From NCBI GenBank assembly GCA_965262555.1, contig OZ253543.1:3971218-4035217 (forward strand): a DNA stretch of 64,000 bases, in the 5' to 3' direction. Every line of letters starts with the position of its first letter. Position 1 is the first letter of the stretch. The stretch is from Vicinamibacterales bacterium (GTDB lineage: Bacteria; Acidobacteriota; Vicinamibacteria; Vicinamibacterales; UBA8438). Below are positions 1-9,756 of the stretch, one piece after another. Position numbers and translations under genes: made by a program. Below the pieces are notes generated by a model, which saw only the letters and a list, made by a program, of their open reading frames with translations, did no database searches and was not told the origin of the DNA.

Positions 1-927
1 GACTTGCCAGCCCGGATTGCGGGGCGAGCGGCCGCCGCCCTCGGGAGCGACCGGGGGCCCCGCGATCGATGCCCCTGACTCCGAGTCGGCCACGATCATC
101 GTGTCGTCGGCCAGGATCGTGATGCCGCTGGGCCGGCCGAAATGCCGCCATTCGTCGACGAAATTCAGGTCCTGGTCCAGGATCTGGACGCGGTTGTTCG
201 ACCGGTCCGCGACGAACAGCCGTCCCTGGGAGTCGAACGCCAGCGCGTGCGCTCCCATGAACTCGCCCGGACCCAGTCCGAGGCGGCCGACGGCCCGCAC
301 GAACTCGCCGTCGGTCGTGATCTCCACCAGCCGGTCTCCGTCCTGCTGGGCGGTGGACGGTCGCGGCCAGTGCCCGTCGGCGACGATGATGTTGCCGTTC
401 GACGCCACCGCGCAGGCCGTCGGACCGATGAAGGTGTCCTCACCCGCCGCCGACACCCCCGCCTCGCCGAGGCTCATCAGCAGCTCGCCGTCCTGGCTGA
501 ACTTGTGGAGCTGAAAGCCGCGCCCGGCCGTGGACGGGTCGTCGCGGAACGGACCGCTGTCGCCGGCCCACAGGTTGCCGTCGTTGTCCATGCAGAACCC
601 GTGGGCCTGGACGATCGTCCCCTCGCCGAAGCTCTTGGTGATCTGACCGTCGGCGTTGATGTAGTTGATCGGCGGTTCCGACCGAAACATCATCCAGGTG
701 CCGCCGGTTCCGTCCGGGATGAGCCCGATGGCGGCGCCCCACTCCATGCCCGGTCGCAGGGTCGGCCAGTTCTCGATCAGCCGGTACGGGTTGGACATCG
801 TGCTGGTTGGTCGCCGGGACAGCTCGAACAGCGGCGACGGTTCCTGCGCCGACGACGCCACGCTCAACCCGAGCGCGGCAACGAGCACCAGGCCGGGCGC
901 GAGCGTGATGACAGCACGTTGTGACAT
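1..927 (-). CDS. NHL-repeat secreted protein (3' end lies outside window)
   Basis: Absent from the ORF track because it runs off the window edge. Reverse strand from ATG (comp 925-927), preceded by GGAGGGAGG, gives MSQRAVITLAPGLVLVAALGLSVASSAQ (signal peptide). NHL-like blades follow (GNLWAGDSG, NGNIIVADGHW). The listed + ORF 142..924 is its antisense shadow. Confidence 0.75.
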   Translation of the reverse strand, partial: MSQRAVITLAPGLVLVAALGLSVASSAQEPSPLFELSRRPTSTMSNPYRLIENWPTLRPGMEWGAAIGLIPDGTGGTWMMFRSEPPINYINADGQITKSFGEGTIVQAHGFCMDNDGNLWAGDSGPFRDDPSTAGRGFQLHKFSQDGELLMSLGEAGVSAAGEDTFIGPTACAVASNGNIIVADGHWPRPSTAQQDGDRLVEITTDGEFVRAVGRLGLGPGEFMGAHALAFDSQGRLFVADRSNNRVQILDQDLNFVDEWRHFGRPSGITILADDTMIVADSESGASIAGPPVAPEGGGRSPRNPGWQV

Positions 928-1060
928 CGGGATCCTCCCTCCGGACGACTCGGCGTCCTGCTGACGGCCGATGTTACAGTCAGGGGTCGATTGTAGCTAG
1001 CGTCAGGGTTGTGCGGCTGCCGGCCGCCGCGATCCGTTGACAGCCGAGGAGGGACAACTC

Positions 1061-2704
1061 ATGCGGCACCCGATGCCTTCTACGTTGACCGTCGGTCTGT
1101 TGGCGGTGGCGCTGCTGGTGGCGGGGGCCGCGCCTGCGCGCGCACAACTCCAGGACCAAACCCGGGTGGCGCCGACCAACGACCTGCCCAACCCCTACGC
1201 CCGCGTGCACCCGTGGGGCGAGCTGCCGGATCCGTATGTGCCCGGCGCCTACAACGACCGGGCGTCGTTCATCGGCGCCGACGAGGGACCCGACGGCAAC
1301 ATCTACCTGCTGAGCCGCTGTCTCCAGAACTCCTGCACCGGACGGACCGAGCCGGCGCTGCTGAAGCTCGACCCGTCGGGCCGGTTGCTCCTGAGCTGGG
1401 GTTCGGGGATGTTCGACTTCCCGCACGGCCTGGATCTCGACGACGCGGGCAACGTCTGGGTGGCTGACCAGCGTGGGCACCGGGTGGTGAAGTTCGATGC
1501 CCAGGGCAACACGCTCCTGACCATCGGCGAGCGGGGCACGGCGGGCGATCCACCGCTGCTCAACGAGCCGACCGACGTCGTGGTCGCCCCGGGCGGTGAG
1601 ATCTTCATCACGGAAGGGCACAGCTTCGCACCAGGCGCCAACCGGGTGTCGAAGTTTGCGGCCGACGGCACGTTCCTGATGTCCTGGGGACGTACCGGCT
1701 CGGGGCCGGGCGAGTTCAACGTGCCACACACGATCGCGCTCGATTCCCAGGGCCGCGTGTTCGTCGGTGATCGGGCCAACAACCGGATCCAGATCTTCGA
1801 CCAGCAGGGCACGCTGCTCGACATCTGGTACCAGTTCGGCCGTCCCAGTGGCCTCGCCATCGGTGACGACGACCGGATCTACGTGGCCGACTCCGAGTCC
1901 TATGGCACTGATAACCCGGGGTGGAAGAAAGGGATTCGGGTCGGGAGCGCGCGCGACGGGTCGGTCCAGTCTCTGATCGAGGACCTGGAGTCGACCGCCA
2001 TCGAGCACAGCGGCGCCGAAGGGGTGGGCGTGGACTCGGCCGGGAACGTCTATGGGGCCGTCGTCCGGCGCCGGATGCTGGAGAAGCACGTGCCGAACGG
2101 TGATGCCACCGCGCTCCCGGGCGAGACCGCGCCGGCGCATCTCGGGCACGTCGCCTACGGCTTCCCCGGCGCGCCGGGGGGACGGAGCCTGGCCGCCACG
2201 GCCTCGGCCGAGACCGGCACGATGCTGCTCCACGCGAACGTCGCGGCCGGCGACCTGAGCGACTTCGGCGCGATGCGCCGCCACGCCGGACACGTGCTGC
2301 ACCTACTGGAGCCGGCCGACGGCGCGTCCGGGCCCGGTCTCGGGCTCGGCGTGATCCCCGCTGTCGAAGGGCTCGTCAGCCACCTGGAGCGGGCGGCCAG
2401 CGAGAGCGGGGCTTCGGACAGCCTGCGGACGCACGCCGGGCACGTCTCCCAGATCGCGGCGGGCCTGCTCGCCAATGCTCGCGCCGCCGCCGCGGTGGCC
2501 CAGCGACTCGTCGACGCCAACACCATCCGCAGGGCCGCCCCGCTGGTCGCGCGGCTCCGCGTCCTGGCCTATCAGATCGCGGAAGGGTTCGACCTCGACG
2601 GCAACGGGGAGTTGGCGTTCGATGGCGAGGCCGGCATGCAGCAGCTCGAGGCGCACCTCTACCTGCTGCTTGAGGGCGAGCCGCTTCCGCGCGAGCTGCG
2701 GTAG
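1061..2704 (+). CDS. NHL-repeat secreted protein with C-terminal helical HxGHV-repeat tail
   Basis: ORF 1037..2704; best start is ATG 1061 after GAGGAGGG. Signal peptide LLAVALLVAGAAPARAQ. Repeated NHL blades (GNVWVADQRGHRVVKF, GEIFITEG, GRVFVGDRANNRIQIF, DRIYVADSE). Confidence 0.85.
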   Translation: MRHPMPSTLTVGLLAVALLVAGAAPARAQLQDQTRVAPTNDLPNPYARVHPWGELPDPYVPGAYNDRASFIGADEGPDGNIYLLSRCLQNSCTGRTEPALLKLDPSGRLLLSWGSGMFDFPHGLDLDDAGNVWVADQRGHRVVKFDAQGNTLLTIGERGTAGDPPLLNEPTDVVVAPGGEIFITEGHSFAPGANRVSKFAADGTFLMSWGRTGSGPGEFNVPHTIALDSQGRVFVGDRANNRIQIFDQQGTLLDIWYQFGRPSGLAIGDDDRIYVADSESYGTDNPGWKKGIRVGSARDGSVQSLIEDLESTAIEHSGAEGVGVDSAGNVYGAVVRRRMLEKHVPNGDATALPGETAPAHLGHVAYGFPGAPGGRSLAATASAETGTMLLHANVAAGDLSDFGAMRRHAGHVLHLLEPADGASGPGLGLGVIPAVEGLVSHLERAASESGASDSLRTHAGHVSQIAAGLLANARAAAAVAQRLVDANTIRRAAPLVARLRVLAYQIAEGFDLDGNGELAFDGEAGMQQLEAHLYLLLEGEPLPRELR

Positions 2705-2719
2705 ACCCGGAGGAACACG

Positions 2720-4864
2720 ATGACCCGATACCGTACGACTGGTGGCGTCTTGGCCGTCATGGCTTGCCTGCTCGGGGTGGCTTCCCCGGCCGCTGCGCAG
2801 CTTCCAGGGGTCGAGGACGGCCAGTGGCGCTACCTGGGCGGCGACGCCGGCCACACCCGCTCGAACCCCTGGCTCACGCAGATCAACGCCGCCAACTTCG
2901 CCGACCTCGAGGTCGCCTGGATCTGGCGCGCCAACAACTTCGGGCCCGGCGTCGAGTACACGGCGCGGGCCACGCCGGTGTTCGCCGACGGCGTGCTCTA
3001 CACCGTCGCCGGTCAGCGGCGGCAGGTGGTGGCGATTGACGCCGCCACCGGCGAGACGCTCTGGACCTTCCGCGAGCCGGAGACGATGCGCTACCGCCGT
3101 TCGCCGCGCACCGACTTCGGCAAGGGGGTCGCCTATGCGGAGGTCGACGGCCGGGGCGTCGTCTTCATCACGTCGCCCGCCTTCTTTCTCTGGGCGTTGG
3201 ACGCCCAGACCGGGCGACCGCTTGAGGGCTGGGGCGAGCCGGTCGAGATAGACACCTTCTCGCCGACCGGGGTGGTCGACCTCATTCCGCCCCTGGTGGC
3301 CGACTGGGATCCGTGGCTGGCCTGGGACGGCCCCTATGACCCGGACCACGGCATTCCTCAGCGACTCGGGATGGTCACCGCATCGTCACCCCCGATTGTG
3401 GTCAACGGGGTGGTGGTTGTCCTCGTGGGTCATGAACCGAGCTACGACCAGACCCGCATCGAAAACGTGCCGGGGGACATCATGGGGATCGATGCCCGCA
3501 CCGGCGCGGTGCTGTGGAAGTTCCACGTGATCCCCCGGCCCGGCGAGTACGGCCACGAGACCTGGGAGAACGACGCCTGGCGCTGGTCGGGTGACATGTC
3601 CACCTGGGCGCCGGCCTCGGCCGACCCGGAGCTTGGGCTCGTCTACCTGGTGACCAATGCCTCGACCGTTCAGTCCTACACGGGCCACCGGCCGGGTCAC
3701 AACCTGTTCGGTGGGAGCGTCCTGGCGCTCGACGTGGCGACCGGAGAGCGGCGGTGGCACTTCCAGATCCACCACAGCGACCAGTGGAACTACGACCTGG
3801 CGGCCGCGCCGATCCTGATGGACCTGACGGTCGACGGCACGCGGGTGCCGGCGCTCATCCAGAACACCAAGCAAGGGCTGGTCTTCGCGTTCAACCGGGC
3901 CACCGGCGAGCCGCTCTGGCCGATCGAGGAGCGCCCGGTGATGCAGACCCAGGTGCCGGGCAACTACACGGCCCCCACCCAGCCGTATCCGACCCGGCCC
4001 GAACCGCTCGACCCGATCGTGGTCGATGGGCTGACCGAGGACTACGTACTCGACTTCACGCCGGAGTTGAAGCGCGAGGCGCTCGAGATCCTGAGCGAGT
4101 TCCGGGTTGGGGGCCTGTACATGCCCCCGCTGCCATATCCGCACGACAACGACTACCGGAACGTGATCGGCTGCATGGGCGGGCTCAACATCTATAAACC
4201 GGCGGTGGCCGACCCGACGACCGGCATCATGTACGCGCCCCACAGCCGGGGGTGCAGCGCGCCGCGCTTCATGGTGCCCACCAATGGCGTCGACGAGGAG
4301 CGCGGATTGCCCGGTCTGTCGGCCGAGGCCTGGCGGGGCCGGGAGCGCCACACTCCCACGACAGGCACGACGGTGGCCGCCTGGGCTCCGGGCGGGCCAG
4401 CCGAGTTTCCGGCCCAGATCGACGGGTTGCCGGTGTATCGGCCGCTCTTCCAGGCACTGGCCGCCTACGACATGAACACCGGGGAGCGTTTGTGGGACAT
4501 CCCGATCGGGGAGACCCCCGAGCGGTTCCGGAACCACCCCCGTCTGGCCGGTGTCGACCTGCCGAACCTGGGCGGTTCGGGACACTCCATCCAGATGGTC
4601 GTGGGCGATCTCTTGGTGCAGACCACCGAGGACCTGCGGGGCGAGGCGGAGCTCAGCGACAATGGGCTGCCGCTGCTGCGGGCCCGCGACAAGCGGTCGG
4701 GCGAGATCGTGGCCAGCGTCGAGGTGCCGATTCCTGGTCAGTACGGCATGATGACCTACCTCGATGACGGTGTGCAGTACATCCTCATGCAGGCAGGCAG
4801 CGCGCGACGCGGGCACCCCGGAGCGCTCGTGGCGCTACGGCTGCCGGACGACGCGATCCAGTAA
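2720..4864 (+). CDS. PQQ-dependent dehydrogenase (quinoprotein beta-propeller)
   Basis: 714-aa ORF with RBS GGAGGA and a signal peptide ending AAAQ. Reiterated propeller motifs: AIDAATGETLW, ALDAQTGRPL, GIDARTGAVLW, ALDVATGERRW, AFNRATGEPLW, AYDMNTGERLW. Confidence 0.85.
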   Translation: MTRYRTTGGVLAVMACLLGVASPAAAQLPGVEDGQWRYLGGDAGHTRSNPWLTQINAANFADLEVAWIWRANNFGPGVEYTARATPVFADGVLYTVAGQRRQVVAIDAATGETLWTFREPETMRYRRSPRTDFGKGVAYAEVDGRGVVFITSPAFFLWALDAQTGRPLEGWGEPVEIDTFSPTGVVDLIPPLVADWDPWLAWDGPYDPDHGIPQRLGMVTASSPPIVVNGVVVVLVGHEPSYDQTRIENVPGDIMGIDARTGAVLWKFHVIPRPGEYGHETWENDAWRWSGDMSTWAPASADPELGLVYLVTNASTVQSYTGHRPGHNLFGGSVLALDVATGERRWHFQIHHSDQWNYDLAAAPILMDLTVDGTRVPALIQNTKQGLVFAFNRATGEPLWPIEERPVMQTQVPGNYTAPTQPYPTRPEPLDPIVVDGLTEDYVLDFTPELKREALEILSEFRVGGLYMPPLPYPHDNDYRNVIGCMGGLNIYKPAVADPTTGIMYAPHSRGCSAPRFMVPTNGVDEERGLPGLSAEAWRGRERHTPTTGTTVAAWAPGGPAEFPAQIDGLPVYRPLFQALAAYDMNTGERLWDIPIGETPERFRNHPRLAGVDLPNLGGSGHSIQMVVGDLLVQTTEDLRGEAELSDNGLPLLRARDKRSGEIVASVEVPIPGQYGMMTYLDDGVQYILMQAGSARRGHPGALVALRLPDDAIQ

Positions 4865-4990
4865 CTGGCCGCCGCGCCGCGCCGGGGTGAGGAGAGCCGG
4901 CAGGTCCTTCCGGGGCGCCACCGCGGTCGTCTGGGGCGCCTCGGGCCAGGTGGTGAGGGCGCACGCAGCTCGAACTGACCGAGGCTCACG

Positions 4991-6085
4991 TCATGTACCA
5001 CCGCCGGGGCGGTGACTCTCGGTGATCCGGCCGAGGTGAGCCTTCAGCTCCTCGACACCGGCCCCGGTGCGGGCGGAGACGGCCAGGCCGCCCTTCGCGT
5101 CTCCGACCTCCGCGCCGCATCGGTCCATCTTGTTGAAGACGCGGAAGACTCGACGCTGATCGACCCCGATGTCCGCCAGCACCGCCTCGCCCACCTCCAT
5201 GTGCTCGCGCCACTGCGCATGGCTGGCGTCGACGAGGTGAACGACGACGTCTGCCTGGAGGATCTCTTCGAGTGTGCTGCGAAACGATGCGACAAGATGA
5301 TGCGGGAGCTTACGGATGAAGCCAACGGTGTCGACAAAGATCGCGGTCGCCCCACCGCCGAGGGAACCCCGCCGAAGCTTGGAATCGAGGGTCGCGAAGA
5401 GCTTCCCTTCGGCCCGGACACCGGCACGCGTCAGGCGGTTGAAGAGGGTCGATTTGCCGGCGTTGGTGTAGCCGGCGAGCGAGACGACCGGGGCGCTCCG
5501 CCGCCCTCGACGATGGAGCTCACGCGTCCGTTCGATCTTGGAGAGCTCCCGCTTCAGGTGCTTGATGCGTGTGCGTATCATGCGCCGGTCGACCTCGAGC
5601 TGGGTCTCGCCCTCCCCGCCACGCACCCCGATACCGCCAACCTGACGAGACAGGTGGGTCCAGCGACGGGTCAGACGCGGCAACTGATACTCGAGCCGCG
5701 CCATCTCGACCTGGGTACGAGCCTCGCGCGTCCGCGCCCGCCGAACGAAGAGGTCGAGGATCAAGTCGCTCCGATCAATGACGGCACACTCGACGACTTG
5801 TTCGAGGTTCCTGACCTGACGGGGCGTCAGGTCGTCGTCGAAGATCACCACGTCGGCCTCCGACTCGGCCGCGACGCGTGCGAGCTCACCGGCTTTGCCC
5901 CGGCCGATGAGCGTTCTCGCGTCCGGCGCGCGTCGGTTCTGCAGACTCCTTCCAACCACCTCCATCCCGGTACTTCGGGCGAGCTCCGCCAGCTCGTTGA
6001 GGTGCTCTTCGACGACGATGCCAGCCTGACCCGGCAACGACAGGCCCATGAGGAAGGCGCGCGACGCGGCACGTTCGGATGGCAT
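4991..6085 (-). CDS. hflX: GTPase HflX
   Basis: G1 GYTNAGKSTLFNRLT, G3 DTVGFI, G4 NKMD. HflX N-domain IDRSDLILDLFVRRARTREARTQVEMARLEYQLPRL. Start placed at MPSERAAS by comparison with remembered E. coli HflX. The ORF-track start at 6304 remains possible. Confidence 0.85.
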   Translation of the reverse strand: MPSERAASRAFLMGLSLPGQAGIVVEEHLNELAELARSTGMEVVGRSLQNRRAPDARTLIGRGKAGELARVAAESEADVVIFDDDLTPRQVRNLEQVVECAVIDRSDLILDLFVRRARTREARTQVEMARLEYQLPRLTRRWTHLSRQVGGIGVRGGEGETQLEVDRRMIRTRIKHLKRELSKIERTRELHRRGRRSAPVVSLAGYTNAGKSTLFNRLTRAGVRAEGKLFATLDSKLRRGSLGGGATAIFVDTVGFIRKLPHHLVASFRSTLEEILQADVVVHLVDASHAQWREHMEVGEAVLADIGVDQRRVFRVFNKMDRCGAEVGDAKGGLAVSARTGAGVEELKAHLGRITESHRPGGGT

Positions 6086-6333
6086 CGTCGGGTCTGGATA
6101 CAGTCTATCGCCGCCGGTACCGGAGAGCCGCCCGACCTCGGCGGGACGCATGCCCACGGCCGGGACGCCCGTTCGGGTTTGACGATCGCCCCTCGTGTCG
6201 ATATCGTGGGTCAAGTTCGGCGCACCGCGCCCCCCCGGGTGTGAATCCGCGTGAGGACAACCGGCAATCCGCCCTGTTCGAGGCGGCGGCATGTGGAGGT
6301 CCAAGGGGGGCGGGATGACCGGGAGGGGGCAGC

Positions 6334-7206
6334 ATGACCGGAAAGCGCGCCAATACGGACGATCGTCTGCGAATCTGGCTGGCCCGTCATGCGCTCGCGC
6401 GGTCTCGCCGTCTCGTACGGGGCGCCGGCGTCCTGACCAGCCTGCTCCTGGTCGGGTGCGGTCCGAGTCCGAGCTTCGAGAGCGCCGGGATCGGCCAGAC
6501 CGGCGTGACTGGAGCGGGGGAGGTGTCGATCCCGGTGCCGCCAGGGGTGAGTGGGGATCTCCTCGTGGCGATCCTCGGCGTTCCGGGGAATCCGAATACC
6601 TCCGGGCCCGAGGGATGGACGGCGGTGCCCGGCTTCGATGGCTTCAACGGCGCCATGTGTCAGTCGGATGGACAGGGGACCGCGTGTCAACTGGCCGTCT
6701 TCTACAGAATCGCCGACGGATCGGAGTCCACCGCCTCCTTTTCGTGGAGCGGCAGGCGGCAGGCGGCAGCTGCCGTGCTGCGGTTCTCGAACGTCGATGT
6801 GAACGAGCCGATCGGCGCGGCTGGCCCGCAGCGCGGGTCGTCGGATATGCCGACAGCGCCGGTGGTCGAGATCACCCGGGACGGGTCCCGCGCACTGCGG
6901 ATCGCCGTCGTTGAGCTGGACGAAGCGGCACCGTTTCTCCGCGGGGCGGTGGCGCTGGCCGACGAACCTCCCTCGTCACGGCTGAGCATCGTCTCGTTTC
7001 CTGCCGCCGCAGACGATCCGACGAACGGCTGTGGCCCGCCGTTGTCCGCGTGCGACCAGATCGACCGCGCCGTGGGGCTGGCCGTGTCGGACACGCGTCA
7101 CGCGACGGCCGGTGCCTCCGGTCCCGTCTCGTGGGAGCTCGCCGGCGGCGACCAATGGCTCACCGCCACGATAGAGATCAAGCGGCCGCCCGGGCAGGGA
7201 CGCTGA
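6334..7206 (+). CDS. hypothetical lipoprotein
   Basis: 290-aa ORF after GGGAGGGGG. Lipobox LLLVGC. No recognisable domain. Confidence 0.55.
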   Translation: MTGKRANTDDRLRIWLARHALARSRRLVRGAGVLTSLLLVGCGPSPSFESAGIGQTGVTGAGEVSIPVPPGVSGDLLVAILGVPGNPNTSGPEGWTAVPGFDGFNGAMCQSDGQGTACQLAVFYRIADGSESTASFSWSGRRQAAAAVLRFSNVDVNEPIGAAGPQRGSSDMPTAPVVEITRDGSRALRIAVVELDEAAPFLRGAVALADEPPSSRLSIVSFPAAADDPTNGCGPPLSACDQIDRAVGLAVSDTRHATAGASGPVSWELAGGDQWLTATIEIKRPPGQGR

Positions 7207-7340
7207 CGCCTCGCGCGTCGTCGAGTCGCCAACGCGCGCGGTCCATGTCGGGACCCAGCGAGAGCGCCGACGGAAGAGTGGGGAATGCACCGACAGCGCC
7301 CGTCCTGCCAGGTCCGGTGCGGTCCAGAGGAGCACGGCTG

Positions 7341-8059
7341 ATGAGAGTCACCACTCGCCAGTCGCACGTTGCCGTAGCGCTTGCCCTGAGCCTGGCCGCC
7401 TGCGGCGGGGCGCCGGATCGCCCCTCGGGGCGGAGGTCTCCGGAGCGATCCTCCGGGTGGATGGCGACACCGGCAACCTCACCGGCGCGTATCGTGACGG
7501 CACGTTCGTCATGAGCCACTTCTCGGGTGCGCGCCCGCTGCTGCTCGAGGTGACGCTCGAGGACGACGGCTCGCTCCGGCTGCTGCAGAACCGGCAACGG
7601 GAGCTGACGGCCGTCCGGTCGGACAGCGCGGCGGCCGCCGCGTTGCCCAAGCCGACCGATCCGTCCCGCCACACCACCGTCGCCGATCCGGATGAACCGT
7701 TTCGCTTCAGCTTCCCGGACCTCGAGGGGCGGCTCGTGACGAACGAGGATGCCCGGTTCGCCGGAGAGGTCGTGGTGGTGAACATCACCGGGAGCTGGTG
7801 TCCCAACTGCCACGACGAAGCGCCGTTCCTCGCGGAGCTGTATGACACCTACCGCGACCTGGGCCTGGCGATGGGGGCGTGGGTCGAGGAGGACCGCGCG
7901 CCGGAGCGCCTCGTGGCTTCCAAGCTCGACGCGGACGGCCAGGTGACGCTCACCCGTGCGCTCTGCCCGTACCCGCAGGTGGCGGAGTCCGACGGCAGCG
8001 GTGACGTGAACGACGAGCAGAGCTTTCGCTGCGTGACGGCCCCGACGGTGGACGAGTAG
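7341..8059 (+). pseudogene. TlpA-like thiol:disulfide oxidoreductase remnant, frameshifted near the 5' end and fused in frame to a tannase-family C-terminal tail
   Basis: Lipoprotein signal MRVTTRQSHVAVALALSLAACGG (frame of 7341) is out of frame with the ORF 7457..8059. That ORF carries VVVVNITGSWCPNCHDEAPFLAELYDTYRDLGL. After about 7866 the sequence switches to AWVEEDRAPERLVASKLDADGQVTLTRALCPYPQVAESDGSGDVNDEQSFRC. This tail matches the C-terminus of the tannase-family gene at 62574. Confidence 0.6.
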
Positions 8060-8071
8060 GAGAGCTAGCTG

Positions 8072-9127
8072 CTAGCGGCTGCGCAGTCGCCGAATGCCCC
8101 CACCGAAGGATGCGCCCCCCAGAGGAGTGGCCTCACCGATCTGAGTCATGGTCGACAGGTCGAACGTGACCAGGTCACCTGCTCCCTCGTTCATGATGTG
8201 GAGCGTGTTGCTGTCTGGCGAGAACAGCGGGAAGCCGTGTCCGGAGAACTCGTCGGGCGTGGTGCGCAGCGTGCTCAGGACCTCTCTCGTGTGGGCATCG
8301 ATGACCGAGACTTCTCGACCGTGCGTCGCGGCAACGTAGCGACCGTCCGGTGAGACCGCGACTCGTCCCGACGACTGCTCGGTCGGCGGCCGGAGCACGT
8401 CGATCACCTCATGGGTGTCTGGATCGATCACGGTGACCGATCCATCGCCATCGCCGTTGATCCAGACCTCACCTCGCGGCCCGCCGAAGTCAACCCCCGC
8501 GGGACGGCTGCCGTCATGCATCTCGATCACGTCGACGACGCTGTCGGTGTGGGTATCGATGACGACCACGCTGTCGTCGTCGTTGCGCGCCGGATAATAG
8601 AGACGGCCGGTCGTCGGATGCACCCAGAGGTAGTTGCCGGCAATCACGGTGTCGATTTTGTTCACCACGGTACCCGATGCCACGTCGTACACCACGACGC
8701 CGGGAACCTGGGCAAACTCGGCCGTGATGTAGAGCTTGCTGCCGTCGCGGTTCAGGGCGAGTCCGTGAGGGTCGCTGGACGTCGACGCGCGCTCGCCGAT
8801 CCTGGCGAACCGCCGCACCGCGGCCGGCCTCGAGAAGAACTCCGACTCGATGACTCCCGTCTGCTCGAACGTCTCGAGGTCGAGGACAAGGACCTGCTTG
8901 GCATAGGGCACGGACACATAGAGCGTTCGGGCGTCCGGGCTGATCGCGGCTTCGTGAGGCTCGCCGTACCACTCGCGTGGAATGACGAACTCCCGCAGGG
9001 TCCGGCCATTCCCGGGATCGATTTCGGAGATTTTGTTGTCCGTATGGCTGAGCGCGATGATCGTGTAGTCCTGCGCGAGCGCCGGCTGGGCCACGAGCAG
9101 CCCAAGCAACCACAACCCCTTCACCAT
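8072..9127 (-). CDS. YVTN/lactonase-type beta-propeller repeat protein, secreted
   Basis: Start ATG 9127 after AGGAGG. Signal MVKGLWLLGLLVAQPALAQ. Repeats of the type SPDARTLYVS, NRDGSKLYIT, SPDGRYVAAT, SPDSNTLHIM. Confidence 0.75.
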   Translation of the reverse strand: MVKGLWLLGLLVAQPALAQDYTIIALSHTDNKISEIDPGNGRTLREFVIPREWYGEPHEAAISPDARTLYVSVPYAKQVLVLDLETFEQTGVIESEFFSRPAAVRRFARIGERASTSSDPHGLALNRDGSKLYITAEFAQVPGVVVYDVASGTVVNKIDTVIAGNYLWVHPTTGRLYYPARNDDDSVVVIDTHTDSVVDVIEMHDGSRPAGVDFGGPRGEVWINGDGDGSVTVIDPDTHEVIDVLRPPTEQSSGRVAVSPDGRYVAATHGREVSVIDAHTREVLSTLRTTPDEFSGHGFPLFSPDSNTLHIMNEGAGDLVTFDLSTMTQIGEATPLGGASFGGGIRRLRSR

Positions 9128-9282
9128 GACACCTCCTGTGCAGTGCCGCGTGACCACTGCGAAAACGGTCCACATGATAGAGTCGCGACGACCTGAAATC
9201 GTTGCGGTGAGCGCGAATGAACGCTCGGCCGCGGCGGGCGAGGCACGGTCGAGGTCACGACAGTGACCGAAGGAGGCAAGAG

Positions 9283-9756
9283 ATGCGGCGGGCGAGACGA
9301 ATCCTGACGGTCGTAGCGGTCATGGTACTGGCAATGGTCGGGACGGCGTCGGCGCAGACGGCGCTGTCGGCGCAGGATGTGACCGAGATCAACCATCTGT
9401 ACGCGCGATACAACCTGGCCCTCGACAGTGGTGACGCCCAGGGATGGGCTGACACGTTCACCGCGGACGGCGTGTTCGGGAACAGCGAAGGCCGCGCCGG
9501 CTTGGTGCAGTTCGCCGAGGGGTTCCACGCGCAGCAGGATGGGCACGCGCGCCACTGGAACAACAACGTGCACGTGACGTCCACGGCCGAGGGCGCCGAG
9601 GGCACAACCTACCTGCAGCTCTGGAACGTCGGGGTGCGCCCGCAGACGATCATCGTGACCGGCATCTACCACGACACCCTGGTGAAGACCGCCGACGGCT
9701 GGCGATTCAAGACCCGGCGGGTCGAGGTCGACCGACCGGCGGACGGCGGGCAGTGA
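9283..9756 (+). CDS. SnoaL-like / NTF2-fold protein, secreted
   Basis: ATG 9283 after AGGAGG. Signal peptide, then INHLYARYNLALDSGDAQGWADTFTADGVF and GWRFKTRRV, typical of the SnoaL_4-like fold. Confidence 0.7.
   Translation: MRRARRILTVVAVMVLAMVGTASAQTALSAQDVTEINHLYARYNLALDSGDAQGWADTFTADGVFGNSEGRAGLVQFAEGFHAQQDGHARHWNNNVHVTSTAEGAEGTTYLQLWNVGVRPQTIIVTGIYHDTLVKTADGWRFKTRRVEVDRPADGGQ

Noticed and set aside
980-2302. A long 440-aa minus-strand ORF, and many similar long ORFs opposite real genes. Examples: 142..924+, 3386..4816-, 5012..6244+, 10266..11783+, 17487..18626+, 21529..22647-, 24062..25159-, 25027..26394-, 31553..32428+, 39265..41031+, 41282..42283-, 43530..44993-, 45081..46187-, 52747..53742+, 60220..61122-.
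   Set aside because: These are typical high-GC antisense shadow ORFs. They have Arg/Pro/Gly/Ala-rich low-complexity translations, and each lies opposite a gene with clear family motifs and ribosome-binding sites.
4865-4990. A possible bidirectional terminator between the convergent PQQ dehydrogenase and hflX genes.
   Set aside because: Only short palindromic GGCGCC units and direct (not inverted) GGGGCGCC repeats were found. There is no convincing stem-loop or U-tract.
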